Below, piece after piece: positions 38,301 to 50,500 of a stretch of DNA of 64,000 nt; positions within the stretch are counted from its first letter, which is position 1; each line of letters opens with the position of its first letter. The stretch covers positions 558,001 through 622,000 of the forward strand of contig NC_135251.1 of assembly GCF_964204865.1 (NCBI RefSeq), read 5' to 3'. The position numbers were made by a program, and so were the translations under genes. Below the pieces are notes generated by a model. The model ran no database searches. It worked only from the letters and a program-made list of their open reading frames with translations, and was not told the origin of the DNA. The DNA comes from Styela clava (taxonomy: Eukaryota).

Positions 38301-40398
38301 AACAACCCTAACCTGTTACACATACTATGTTCAGGTTGTGCGCCATCTTGGTACGAGTACTTCAGAAGCACCGATATTCTTTTATTTTGTGGAATGGAAA
38401 AGTAGGCTGGAGGTCTAAATTGTATGGTAAACCAACTGGGACCAGCAGCCTCATGAAAAATTCCGTACTCGATTTTCTCCCTGCTGGATTATTTGAACAG
38501 CCAGCCCACGCAGGATTGGCATGGTGTAATGCATTCCCCTCTGTTAAAAAACTCAAAAATCTTTTCCAGAACTGGAGCGAAAACTGGCGGAACACAAACG
38601 CTATGAAATAGATTTGAAGCGAAAATCACAGCATCTTGAGAGCGTGATTAATCTAACGCCGAATGAGAAACGGAAAAAGAAAAATATGGTTCGACTCTAC
38701 CGCCAGAAAGCTGTGGAACATCAACCAGGTTAGTCCGCGACCCCAACATGATCAGGTCCATTGCTTCTATGACTAGGTAGAATCTATTAACCGTGATTAT
38801 AAAAAAAAAAATTTGGACATCAAATATGAAACATTTAGAAGATGAATAAATTGTTAAAACGTGCTCAAACCCATCAAGCTATCAGAAACTCGCTAAAAGG
38901 AGACAGCCTAAAACCACTGAAAAACAATCTCAAACATGCAAAAATCGTCAAAACCTACGAAAAAACTCGCTGAAACATCTAGATAAATCGGATTGCAAGT
39001 TGGTAATTTAATCAGGGTCACATACATCTCCCCGTGCTCGCTTTAAATCACTTGTGAATTCATGATAAGTACGGGGGAAATGAAACAAAGTCACAAGCCC
39101 TCGACTTGAAGTTGAAAGTAATGACAGAATTAAAAGAATGCGCTTGGCCTATGTGCAAGTTCATTTAATGCCAGAAATGTCCAATAGATATGGGCTGATG
39201 CAATTCAAGTCAACAAATAGCTAAATAAAGGAAATTCATGTAAATCTGAATTCTTTTCAATTCAGGCTGTCATAAGTTCCTATTTCTATCCCATTCACAG
39301 GTCCTCGGGTTTCAAACTCAGGTTGTTTACCAGGTTAGGGTTCAGGTTATGCGACATCTTGGTGCGCATACTTCAGGAGTACTCAAACTTTCAGTGTCTG
39401 TTACACAACCAGTTGTGGTAATGTTCCTAATCTAAGCTTACCGACACCATGGCTACGTAGACATTTCAATTTCAGCTACGTGACTCGAACATATTGTGTC
39501 AAACTTTTTCTAATTTTATTGTTTACCTTTTCATCTGACCAAGGTTAGATTACCTAAGAGAAGTCAACTAAAAGCCACAACTCTATCACTTCGGATTTTT
39601 GAGATTAAAATAGGTGATTCAAGTATGACTTGAATTAATGATTTAAGTGCGCTCCAGAAGTGTGTGTACCAACATGAACACTATGTTAGGTGAATTTCAA
39701 AGTCTTCCATAAATTTAGCTTTGTAACGTTTCATTCGAGCAACGTCAAACTTTCCCAGTCAATCATTTTTTACCAATGATATTTTATTTCAGGTCCAAGC
39801 GGTCAAGCTGGCACTTCAAGGTTGTCGGCCCCCGATATTGTTGGAGTCGTACCCACTAACCCTCTGCTGCGCTACCCATCCGAGATGTGGGTCCCTCACT
39901 CAAGTTCTGCTGTCGCACATGCACTACAGGTGATTAGAAGGTTAACAAAGTTCTTTTTCCGATTATTTCTGAAACTAATTAACTTTTCTCATTTTCAATA
40001 TGAACTCGTAACTAAACTGTAATTATTCAGCCATATGACTAACGCTTCTGATGTCATCTCTTTCCCCAGGATAAATGTGAAAATTTAGAGCAAAGTTGTT
40101 GGCAACCTCTCAGAAGTGAATAAGACTTTTGTTATGTGAACTCTTTCATTAGTAACAGAGATTCATCTCTGAGTTGCACACTGCCACAGCTATTGCAACT
40201 ATATATAGAGTAATAAAAAAACTCATTGTCTTGGTGAGGTGTCTTCAACAGTCCTTTCTTTTCCAGCAGGTGGCATCCAATCAGATCGCACAGATGAACG
40301 TATCGGGTCGTATGATCAGCATGCCCATCCCCCCACATCTCCTGTCAACACACGACCCATCCAGTTTCCAAGTAAACCAGGACTCCAGTAAGAAATGA
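23354..40398 (+). CDS. GMEB: Glucocorticoid modulatory element-binding protein (GMEB1/2-like SAND-domain transcription factor), spliced, about 598 aa
   Basis: Coding exons with GT-AG sites and matching phases: 23354-23367, 29878-29971, 30394-30455, 31013-31123, 31531-31677, 32006-32065, 33366-33471, 34050-34153, 34940-35087, 35752-35787, 36018-36141, 36979-37092, 37286-37359, 37704-37878, 38570-38728, 39793-39929, 40267-40398 (total 1797 nt). The SAND region reads YPITCGNSKGELHWKKFICPGINAKCVLCHNVWMTPKEFVQEAGKSTLKDWKRAIRINGTMLRKMIESGDVDYYQHETNCSNQCRS and matches recalled vertebrate GMEB closely. Downstream blocks FWSGIIRTDLFDEVV, DAVMMTNLANALEL and ELERKLAEHK..KSQHLESV match the GMEB coiled-coil region. 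Exon 1 and the 36-nt exon are less certain. Confidence 0.93.
26383..26588. mobile_element. MITE family A, truncated long form
   Basis: Collinear with 31700-31897 and 12466-12586 (gggttgggccataatt..gactgtctgtgttagccaagt..ggtacacatacttctgga). Confidence 0.75.
31700..31897. mobile_element. MITE family A, truncated long form
   Basis: Collinear with 26383-26588. Confidence 0.75.
32562..32671. mobile_element. MITE family A, short palindromic form
   Basis: Inverted arms, perfect 8-bp TSD ttacacat. Confidence 0.9.
33366..35087 (+). CDS. GMEB: GMEB SAND domain exons (33366-33471, 34050-34153, 34940-35087)
   Basis: KDWK DNA-binding motif. The GMEB-specific Zn ligands (Cys of FICPG; His and two Cys of QHETNCSNQC) are all present. 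Confidence 0.97.
34550..34839 (-). mobile_element. tRNA-derived SINE, family 1, near full length
   Basis: Minus-strand head ggtggtgTGGCTCATCGTG (A-box-like) and GGTTTGAATCC (B box). Related copies lie at 44895-45180, 28550-28675, 29235-29365, 29380-29500 and 33130-33330. Confidence 0.75.
35131..35398. mobile_element. hAT Charlie/Buster-type MITE in a GMEB intron
   Basis: ccgtggttcccaaac..gtttgagaaccactg; perfect TSD atgtaaat. Confidence 0.88.
36883..36950 (-). pseudogene. tRNA-like head (SINE family 2 or tRNA pseudogene)
   Basis: TGGCTCAGTGG A box, GGTTCAAACCC B box, ends ..CTCACCA. The acceptor stem cannot pair, so this is not a functional tRNA. The following body (gtgtaataaactgagtaggcaatg) recurs around 53955-54225. 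Confidence 0.6.
37896..38248 (+). repeat. 47-bp minisatellite, about 7.5 copies, in a GMEB intron
   Basis: Unit ttctgagtgagtgcccataactttgatcagagatgcgtctgctgtac, starting at 37943, 37990, 38037 and onward. Confidence 0.95.
38260..38372. mobile_element. MITE family A
   Basis: Inverted arms, perfect 8-bp TSD gatattct. Confidence 0.9.
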
Positions 40399-40530
40399 TG
40401 TCATAATGGTACCATGACATCACTACTATGAAGTCATATCTATGTCAAGCTGCCGTCCAAGAGTCCGTGAACTCTGATTATGATGTCTAGACTATAAAAA
40501 CATCACAAAGCTGATGTGATGTCACAATAA
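40399..40530 (+). other. Start of GMEB 3' UTR with first AATAAA (about 40525)
   Basis: Follows the TGA at 40396-40398. The UTR may extend to about 42.5 kb, where further AATAAA and U-rich tracts occur. Confidence 0.4.
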
Positions 40531-41501
40531 AAACCTGACGCTTCATGTTTGGTAAAGTCTTTTGTCACGTTTGCGCTTTACTTGTTTCATCTTTTGTGAC
40601 GTTATAATTAAGCTGAATTTATTTATGATGTCACATTTCTTTTTATTGTGATTTCATAATGATTTATACATATAATATATATATAACTGTTTGAGATTAT
40701 TAGGGGGATGCCATGAAGCAACAGAGTTATTTCCAATCTGCCTAAATATTGATTTCTTACTAAAGCCAGAAATTCATGTTAATTACTTTGCAGAAAATAG
40801 GCTTTTGGTAACTTTGCTCAAGAGATGAGTTTCATTCAATTCTGAGCGAGTTTTCGCAACCTTTTTTTTTGAGACGAGTCTCCTTTGCTTCTGAGCAAGT
40901 GCCCGTAACTTTGCTCAAGTTTTCTTTATTTATGAGTGAGTTTATATGGTTCTGAGAATTTCAGTGTTTCCCAAAACCTTACTCTGATTTTTTTTTTATT
41001 TCTGCGTAAATGCGAGTGACCTAAAAATAATCAGTAAATTTAGTAGCAATTTATTATTTGAAAAAGTTCCGTCTTGCTTTTTTTTTAAATATATTTTGAT
41101 TTCTTGTATTAGTCTCGAATTTAAAAGTTTGAATATTCAATGAATATTAAGTTTTATGATGTAATAATTGTCCTGTCGACATCCTTCTTTATGATATAAC
41201 AATCTATAGGTTTCTCTCAACTATTATTGCTCTAATTTTGAATATCGACTCCATACCTTGTTTCCAAAAAACCTTTATAAAAATCGACATTCGTGCGGGC
41301 TCACCCTAATTTTCTTTCTATTCTAAAATGGGAGCTCACAGGGCAGGAAGTTTCCGAAACTTTAGATGAGATATATAAATGTACTACGGTTTTGTGTATG
41401 AAACTGCAAGTCCTTGTATATTTCCTACTTCAGATCCGTATGTAGCCATTGCCACAAGGATGCTTGGACGAGATAGTATAGGAGTGATAAATAAGAAAAT
41501 G

Positions 41502-41599
41502 GGTGCTCCTGAAGTATGTGCTCCAAGATGTCGCATAACCTGGTACACAACCTGAGTTCAGGTTGTGCGCCATCTTGGTGCGCATACTTCAGGATGTCC
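41502..41599. mobile_element. MITE family A
   Basis: Inverted arms ggtgctcctgaagtatg..catacttcagga; degenerate TSD agaaaatg/gaaaaatg. Confidence 0.85.
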
Positions 41600-43731
41600 G
41601 AAAAATGTAATTTCTTTGCTATTTAGTGAATAGAGTTATTTCCATGGAAGCACTGCATGGTCAATCTATCATGGGTGGTTAGATATCCTGCTCTGTCGCT
41701 TTCGAATCCCTGTTTGCTTACTTCTATTAGCAATCTTCTTACTTTCATTTAAGGAATCTTGATCTTGCTTTGACGGAAATTGCATTTCAAAAACTCTAAA
41801 ATATTGGAAATTTACCCGAACAGTCTATCGCAAGGCTGTCCTAGAATATGTATTTCTTTTGTTTGTACTCATTGCCTTGGAGTTGTTTTAAAAGACTTTT
41901 TTTTTTAATCCATAAGGGCACAAATGGAAAATAAACTTCTTTGGGAAAACATATCTTTTTGACTTTTAAACATCTCTAACTTCAACTGAAATACTTTGAA
42001 AAACCAGATCAAAAAGTATTTTTATATAATTTTTTAATTTGAATTATTTCGAAATTTCAACATTTGTCCTTTGTCTTGAAACGCAAACGCCCTGTTTGAA
42101 ATGCTCGAAAAATTTATTGTTGGTTTTTAAGTATTTGAGGATGAAGTCACTATGGATAATGTTTACAGCAAATTTTCTAAAGTATTTGAGCATTTATTGC
42201 ATTCATGAACAGACTTGAGCATGGCACACACATCGTTTGCCATCACTTGTGCATTTGGTCACTGGGATTTCAATTAGCTGCAATGCTTTTGCAACTAGAT
42301 TTCGGCAATGGATCATGGTCCCCTATTTTACCAGTTGAGAATGTACCGCAAGCAGTCGCTATCTGGATACAAAAACAATTCATCTTTCTGCAGTAAATGT
42401 ACAGTTGATTTAACTCTTGTTTTTATATTTTTATTGAATTTCTTGAAATTTTTATTTTTTATGTTTTCGACACAGTTTTCTGTAACTTTATTCAAACCAA
42501 TGTATTTTGAAAGACATTGTTTTCCCCACAAGGTGGGGATATAATTTTTATTTGGGCTTGTTGAGGTGGGGACCCCCAGTCAAGCATACACACAGGAAGT
42601 GGTTTTTCCGTTTTGATACAAAATGTATTACACCCTGAGTGAATTGAACACAGGTTTGCAACCCATTTTTTATTCACTGGCTCATAATTTGCCAACAAAG
42701 ACTAAATATAGTTTCAGTAACTCTCGGCATTTAGGCTGTTGCCAGTTACTTTTTTCACAGAGATGAGTCTTCTTTATTTCTTAGCAAGGCAACACAATTC
42801 TATATATAGTTTTAGTTGCTATTATCATTTCAGTGATGGTCGATTTTTACCGTGAGTTTTATTCATTTCTTAGTGAGCGCATGTAAAGTTATCAGAAAAA
42901 AACGCCCTGACCTGTTACACTAACATAGTCCAACCTTCCATGTTCGGCCAATGCTAGATTGTTTCAAACTTGGGATACGTTTGAACTTTTGACCCCAAAA
43001 CATCCTTGGACCTCACAATTAAACCCCTGCGCAATTTTTACTCTTTGCTTGTTGTGACGTCATCATCGGTGACGTCATATTTCTTGTGAATAATGTTCCA
43101 CTTGATGTTGTTGCAAGTAATTGTCAATACATGAAATTTTTAATACTTTGTTTTATCCAGAGGTGTTCAGTAGAACAGAGAGGATCACAGGGGGTGTGCT
43201 TCTACTGGAGTCGGATTTTTTTAGGCTGCCTGGAGTCAAAATTGATACTTTCAATAGCGATGATCGAATTCAAAATTTTGTACAGAAACGAAGTGTTCAT
43301 AGAAATCTGTAAAAAAAAGAGAGAGCTATGCTCAACTATACGGACACGAGATCCGAGCGTACCATTGCGTCGGCCGTCACGCTTCGCGGATTGACAATCG
43401 TGTTCCCATGAGAATCGGTGTATAGCGAAATTTTGTATGAAATATCAGATCTCCTAGGATTCACTGAAATTTTTGGAAGAAGATAAAAAGTCTGTCGCTA
43501 CTGTTATCTAGGATGGCATAGGTATTTCCAACCACTTTCTATTTTTGTAGGTTTCACAGGGAAACAACTCTGGTACTAACAATGAATTTGAAGTTTTAGT
43601 TGTAATATAAAAATTTCCAATCACACTAAATAAGATTCACAGGCTTCACTGCTTATTTCGGGTTGTCCGGACTTATAAGTGTTTATCACAATATTGTTTG
43701 TATTTTTATCACAATTCTCAAGAGCTCAAAG

Positions 43732-44183
43732 CAAGGGTGTGCAAACCGCGGGTCGAATGCGGCCCACAAGAAAAAACTGGAAGCCCGCGGAGAAGTGCTC
43801 ACTTTGAATGGTGTGGCCGCGAAACGAGTTTTTAGTTTATTTAATTGGGTACGTGCGAGCAATTCCAATCCCTTTGCGTCTCAAAGCCTATACCAGTTTC
43901 GGAGTGTCACTGTCATATTGGCAAACTAGCTAGTAAAATCCTGTTGCAAAATACACAATATTATAAAAACGTGTCGGTGTGACAATGAATTTGAATTTTC
44001 TCCTTTTAAATTTATGCGTTTTACGTCCATATTTTTGCAAGGACCCCTAATAATGCCTTAAGATCAATTCCAAAAAGAAACAACCTGTAACTGCTAGAAA
44101 GGCTATCTTAAATAAAGGTGCAGCCCGCAGTTTCATTCATTTACTTGTATCTGGCTCCCTATAATGAAGGTTGCACACTCCTG
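43732..44183. mobile_element. hAT Charlie/Buster-type MITE
   Basis: caagggtgtgcaaacc..ggttgcacactcctg; TSD gctcaaag/gcttaaag. A solo right end of the same family lies at about 26155-26225. Confidence 0.85.
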
Positions 44184-44894
44184 GCTTAAAGCCATATTGG
44201 AGAATATATCATCATGTAATAGTTATAGAAGGTGATTGTCATTTGAAGTTAGGCAACTGCTTAATTGCGAACATATAAATTTGTAGTGAACAGACATTTC
44301 TAGTCGGTTGCTCTGTTAGCTATGAAACTAAGAGTGGTCTGGTGTTATTAATTATAACTGATGAAAATGTCGTCTTCATCTTAACGTCAATCAGATTATT
44401 TGCATTATTATGTAACACGTAATTCTACATGTACGCAATAATTGAGAACTAATGAAGCGTGCAGCAGGCTTACATGGCCGGTGCACCTGACACACAGCTT
44501 CGTAAATTTTTTAATTTGTCAGAAGTCTGTAACGCTGTTTCATCGGTGTAGTGACGAATAGAGGTAGGATTACTGAAGTAAGCTGTATAGACAATACGGA
44601 AAACCATGACAATGCCCAGGATATATTACTGAAGACGTATGCTTTGTGATTTCCAGCACTCGCCAATCAATTCAGGAAGACTCAAATAAATGGTGAGTAA
44701 GTGGAATTTTGTTTTGACCTGAATCAGGTTTCAAAATGTGATTTAACCGAAGCAAATAAGCCCTGCAATGATACATCAAATTGTCTCGTTTGGTTACAGT
44801 AGAATAGAGTACTATGGTTAAAAAATACGTTATTCGGACGCCATAGTCTGTGGCTTCCATCAATTTTGCAATTGAAAAAATTATATTTATTACA

Positions 44895-45180
44895 GAGGAG
44901 AGGAATGTCGATAAGACGGCTTTATGTTAACCACTCTCTCCCAGTTACTAGTTCACGTAGGGTGTAGGATTAGTTCGCTAATTGTTTGCTTCATATCTAT
45001 GAACTTCATGGCGAAGGAAGCCGTATCCGATCAGCGGCTACCACCCTTCGACGGCAAAGAGTCCAGCAATCCTATCGCACATAACCATTCTCTATCGGGA
45101 TTCGAATCTGCAAACACGCGCAATGTAATCAGAGGTGTGCGATGGCAAGCGTGATTTTAGCGGAGCGCAACCGCTGAGTC
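44895..45180 (-). mobile_element. tRNA-derived SINE, family 1
   Basis: Collinear with 34550-34839; B box GATTCGAATCC on the minus strand. Confidence 0.7.
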
Positions 45181-47047
45181 GGTTTTGCATTTGCGTGATA
45201 GCATTCAAAGCCAATATACCTGAAGCTTTAGACTAGTTGAGTATTTACGTGCCGGCATTAAAAATTAGTCGAACCAGTAGCCGTAGTTTGCCGCGTGAAT
45301 AAATCACCTCGCCCGCTCCTCTCCAGAATAAAATGTGAAAACATGTACATTGGAGCGCAACTGGGCAGAATTATATTAACCATACGAGCGCCAGAGCTTT
45401 AGTATGAATTTAGAAAGCCGTGCCCTGAAGGAGACGAGGATGCCTAATCACGTGAAGAAAAATCACGTGAAGCGAATTCGCACCGAGGCACAATGAGATG
45501 TTGGTATATATATGGGGAAAGGCACAATGTATCCCCACGCGGATGGGGGGCTATTAATGCGAAACTTGAGCTTGCATATTATCAGATCAAGTCGAAGCTT
45601 GATAGAAGCTCACACGCAACGTAGCATTCACACTCAACACATTGCGCGTTTGGTTCAAAGTCATTTCCTGCCTCAATGAAACCACATTAGACGTGTAGCG
45701 TACCGGCAGTCTATGAAATAATTATCCAAGTTCAGAATATTTTCCAATATGGTCTGACGTCAAGTTTCTTCTCAATATTCACTTCAAGTTATGCTATTTT
45801 ATTCTATTTATTAATTATCAATCTTAATACAATCAAATACTCCAACGAAACGCATACAATAAAAACAACAAACACCACGCAGCACAATGCAAGGAAAACC
45901 ATATACACAATAAAAACACTGACGCACCCTGAAATTGAAGACAACTTTCAATAGAAGCAAAATGACCCCTAGAATCCGGTACATTGAACTAGCTTCTACA
46001 ATTTGCAAAACAGGCTGAAATAAGTTATGACAGGTATTTTAAAAGACCATTAACAATTCTATATATGCACAACATTTGAACAGTACTGATGATAGCTAAT
46101 TCCATGACAACAACCAAAAATACAACACTAAATGAACTGCAATGGCACTGCACTCAAGCAGCCACATCAGCCCACTGTCCAGCACAAAAACATCCAACAA
46201 ATCCCAATCCAACAATCACACAACCATCCCCGATATCCCATCGGAGACTAGAGGCACTTCCACAGACACTAAATACCAAAAATCCAACCGAAAACAACCA
46301 CACTGTACTGCTGCCAACCACAGCACACCCAACAGGACACCCCAAAGGACAGACCGACAGTGTCACAGTGTCCCCAGTGCCAAAAATACAGCAATAATAT
46401 CACAAGACATCATTCAAGTTTCTTTTTTATCTTTTACTCCGTTACATGTTTTTTGGACACGTAGTGGACATAACGATCGTTTCAATATTATGTTGTTGTT
46501 CTTTGAAACGTTTTTAAAAAGTCGCTTTTCTCTTCGAATACTGGACCAATTGCTTTGAAATTTTCAGTGGTTGAAGAATAATTTTTTCCCTAGAAGGCTA
46601 TTACTTTTATTTATTTCAAAATTTTGCGTGAATTCTATGAAATTTGATATTTCGTCTAAAATTTTGCTGTATTATTTTTTATCCATGGGAACACGGATTT
46701 TAGTCAGTGTCATGACTGGCTGTACGTTTTGATTCTGCAAAATTCTTGCTACTGGAAATTCAGAACTTTTTTGAGGGTACCGGTAGCGTCAAAGGTACCG
46801 GTAAGGACTGATTCGCTCTGGTCTGACGTGTCCATATATTTGTGCGTAGCTCTCTTGTTTTTTAAATAACCATTTTGCGGATCACAGGAATCAAACAAAG
46901 TTAGGGCGTTAAAATAAAATATATTAACCCTGTTCATCCAGTATTTAAAATGCAACTCATTGGACATAAGATTACCAATCACGTAAACGGCGTCTATGCT
47001 GCTGTCTGCACAAATTCAACATATTACTAATATATATGCCTTGTAGC

Positions 47048-47547
47048 TATGGTTACCATAATTTTGTGACTTCAAATCGGGACGCCTCGAAAGACAACGA
47101 CCCCTTAGCTATGATTTTATAACTTCACATTTTCCGATTTTACTACATAGGCCTACATTCCTACATTTAAAGCTGTCTCGGCTGTCTTTATTGACCATAT
47201 TGTTATCGAAATTTCATGCGCATATCTCTGTCCAAATATCGGGTTCAGTTCGAAAAATAGGAAGGAATTGACGTTAACGATACCGGTACAAATAATTCGA
47301 ATTTAGACTACTAATTAGTATTGGTTTTACATGCGATACGTCTGCCATCAATGGGAATCAGCGGGAAACGAACGCATTCACCTTCAGTAAGTAGGCTAGC
47401 GCTGCGCTGCACAGAAACAACAGTAACGAGAACACGTTTGTGTATTATGCTGGAAAAGCGGGACTTTTGGCTGACTTATCGGGACGGCGGGACAAAACGC
47501 TGAAAAGCGGGAATGTCCCGCCTAAAGCGGGACGTATGGTAAGCCTA
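47048..47547. mobile_element. hAT (Blackjack-like) non-autonomous element
   Basis: tatggttaccata..tatggtaagccta ends, repeated subterminal CGGGAC motifs, perfect TSD cttgtagc. Confidence 0.85.
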
Positions 47548-50500
47548 CTTGTAGCCTATCTACAGACTACAGTTTCCAAGATGCAGGGGCGTACTGAAAT
47601 TATTAACGGGATGCGACGCGTAATTCTAATTTATACATTGTTACGTAATGATAATGCCACAATTTTCGGATCCAACTGAAAACTATACTTTGCGTTTGGA
47701 AATACTTCGCGACCCCCACTGAATAGTTTTGCGACCCTTAGTTGAAAAGCACTAATCAGTACAAAGCATTTTATTATTATGTTTGTTTGTAGCTCTGTTT
47801 TTACCGGTGGGAATGCAGAATTGTAAACCAATGGGTATACACGACATATCGTGCTTTTGGGTCTGTTTGGTATATTTTTCAGCGATGTCCTGCGTTCCGT
47901 CAGACTGCGATTGTTTGCATGGGCCGTTTGCCGGTACTGCGCTTTGTGATATTGAATGCCTTAGTCTGTAAGTTATGGTGCTCTTCTATGAAATACTGAT
48001 ATTGGTATGTGGGCTATTTGCCAACCTTTGAATTTGCTCGCTGAACGGCCAGCGGTAGAGCGTAGAGGGCAGGATAGGACCGCAGGGTTTGCCAGTACCT
48101 GACTTCCTCTTTTGTAACGGCGACGGAAAGACGTAATTTATTGAACCGCGGCTATAACTGGATAGATCAAGGATAAAATATGGACTGTTTTATTCCAGAT
48201 AATTTCTGGAGTCCCAGCATTGAATGGTTAAAATACGCCGCAAGCTCGTCTACTCGAAGATTCTATAAGATTTTCTAAGACTATCAATTTTGTCTTTCAA
48301 ATGAAATCAACTTAGTTTTTAAGACGTAGATTTTAAGAAAGTGGACGCAGAGAACGTCCACGGTGCCGCTATTGATGTCGTGTACCGGAAGACTCAATTC
48401 AGTGCTAGCATCTCGCCACACAGCTTCCACAATTGCGCAATAGCTGTTATTTATTAGGCTTTCGTTACAGAGTCCAGCTGGCACTATAGTTTTCACAGTC
48501 GAAGCCGTAAATCTTTCTTCAAAATTAGCGAAGAGGTAAAAAAAAATTTGGAATGTTGAAAACCACTAGTTTAAAATTTTTGATCTCCAGGTGTCGCTGA
48601 AGAACAAATATTTACATAATTTTACAAATAATAATTCCTGGGTTTTGCTGGCTGATTGATAATCAGTTTAAAACAATGTCAAACTATTGTGTCAAAAAGG
48701 TCTTATCTTCAGTTTTCTAATAGTAAAGCCTGGTATACTTACGCAAGCATTCTCAGTGTTGGTGAAAGATTCTAAACCCTGAGACGCAAGTACAGTCGAG
48801 ACCGAGTCTCGGCAAACTTTAAATTCGGGTCGTGGGGATTAATTGCACAAGTGGGGTCGCTACTGTTCTAAGATCCGAGTCATGGTATATTTATTAGACA
48901 ACATTGGGATAGATAAATATAAGTTCTTGCGTTAAATCAACGTTTTCGATAATCGAATCAGGACATAATATTATGTTTTGACAACATTCACCTCGGTATA
49001 ACTACGGCCTATCTTGGGTTAATGCCGTAAAAGAGGACATTTCTTATTTTCGATCGCAACCTGGCAAATCATAGTTCAACGGAATTTTTCTTGAGACTCG
49101 CAGAATCAAGTTAATTCTCTCTGGCGGTTAGTCGAGTTCGAGTTTGTTCATTCACGTCGATTCTTGAAAAAGATGACTCCAATGCTATATGTCGCGTAGA
49201 TGTACCGAAAGATCTCACGTGTAGTGAGTACCAGCTTGAGGTAGAGCACACACTTATGGGTGACACCGCTCGATAACCATTACTAGATTTATCGCGTCTT
49301 CTTTCAAACTGGAATGCCATTTTTTTACATTTCTCAATTTTGTTTATACAATGTGTACTTTCGGCATGTGAAAAAATAAACTACTGACTTGGGGTAGATC
49401 CCACGCTCCTATAGTACTATCTTGGGGTAGATCTCACGCTATGTTTGGGGTGCGATATCCAAGCCTGTCTCAAAAAAAAATATAATCTTTCTGTGTTCAC
49501 TGCCACGTTTTAATGGTAAGGTTGTCATTTACTAACAAAAATACTGCAGCCGACGTATAGCGGTAGACCTTAGCATCCAGTTTTCTTTTTAGTAATCTGA
49601 ACAAAATCAGTCGTAATGTCGATTTTGCTATTTTATTACCAAACAAATAATATATACATTATTATAATAATGGATTGCAAAAGGTATAAATAGATTTGCT
49701 GGATTTCGTGCCGTTGTCAAAGATAAATTCTTTATTTCAAGCTGAAGAAATAAAGTTAAATTATTCGGTGAAAATAAAAAATAATAAAGATATAATTTCA
49801 TTAATATAAAAGAAATAAAACACTGTTTTTTTATAAATTAAAATTTTTGTGAAAAAACTTTCCTTTATTTCGGATTAAAGAATTCCAACGCATAAGAGAG
49901 TTGAACATTGTGATCGAATCTCATATCTATATATAAAGGTTGACATTACAAAACAATGGTTACAACTACGCTTGTTTATAGTAATACATGCACAAACGGT
50001 AAGACGTGAACGTTATAGTATAATTTAAATTGCAGAAAAATTTTATCTGGGAATTGAATTCATTGAAAAGATTTTACTAATCTAAATTTTTAGATTTTTA
50101 CTAGTTGTGCATGTTTCATACCATATTGGTTGTATTGGGGAAATAGACCTCGCATTACTTCGCTTCCATGGGGAATGAGATTTTTGTATAGACAAGATAG
50201 ACAAGCGGCGGGTGATAGATGTTTGTGAGATCATAAGTGCCACAGAAAGTGGGAACAGTGTTACGCAATAGTTACCTGACACGCGACAATCGAGTTCATT
50301 GATAATTTTGAATGACGTCATAAACCTTTGATAAATTTAAAAGATAAAATAAACAAGCATTGATTGTGGGAACCGGATAAGATAAAACATCGGAACACAC
50401 CCGCTGTCGCAAAGTTTGCTGAAGAAGCTGCTTCACAAACTCACTCACAAATGGATTGTTTTTCGACCATGACGTCAGAGCTCACAACAAAAAATTACAT

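Noticed and set aside
38772-38850. Helitron 3' end (ACTAGGTAGAATCTATT.., second copy near 59328)
   Set aside because: Clearly a two-copy repeat with a CTAG end, but no convincing subterminal hairpin, so the class cannot be assigned
49111-49320. 69 aa minus-strand ORF with aaaaATGG context, plus the ORF at 48284-48496
   Set aside because: No recognisable homology and no convincing phase-consistent splicing between them
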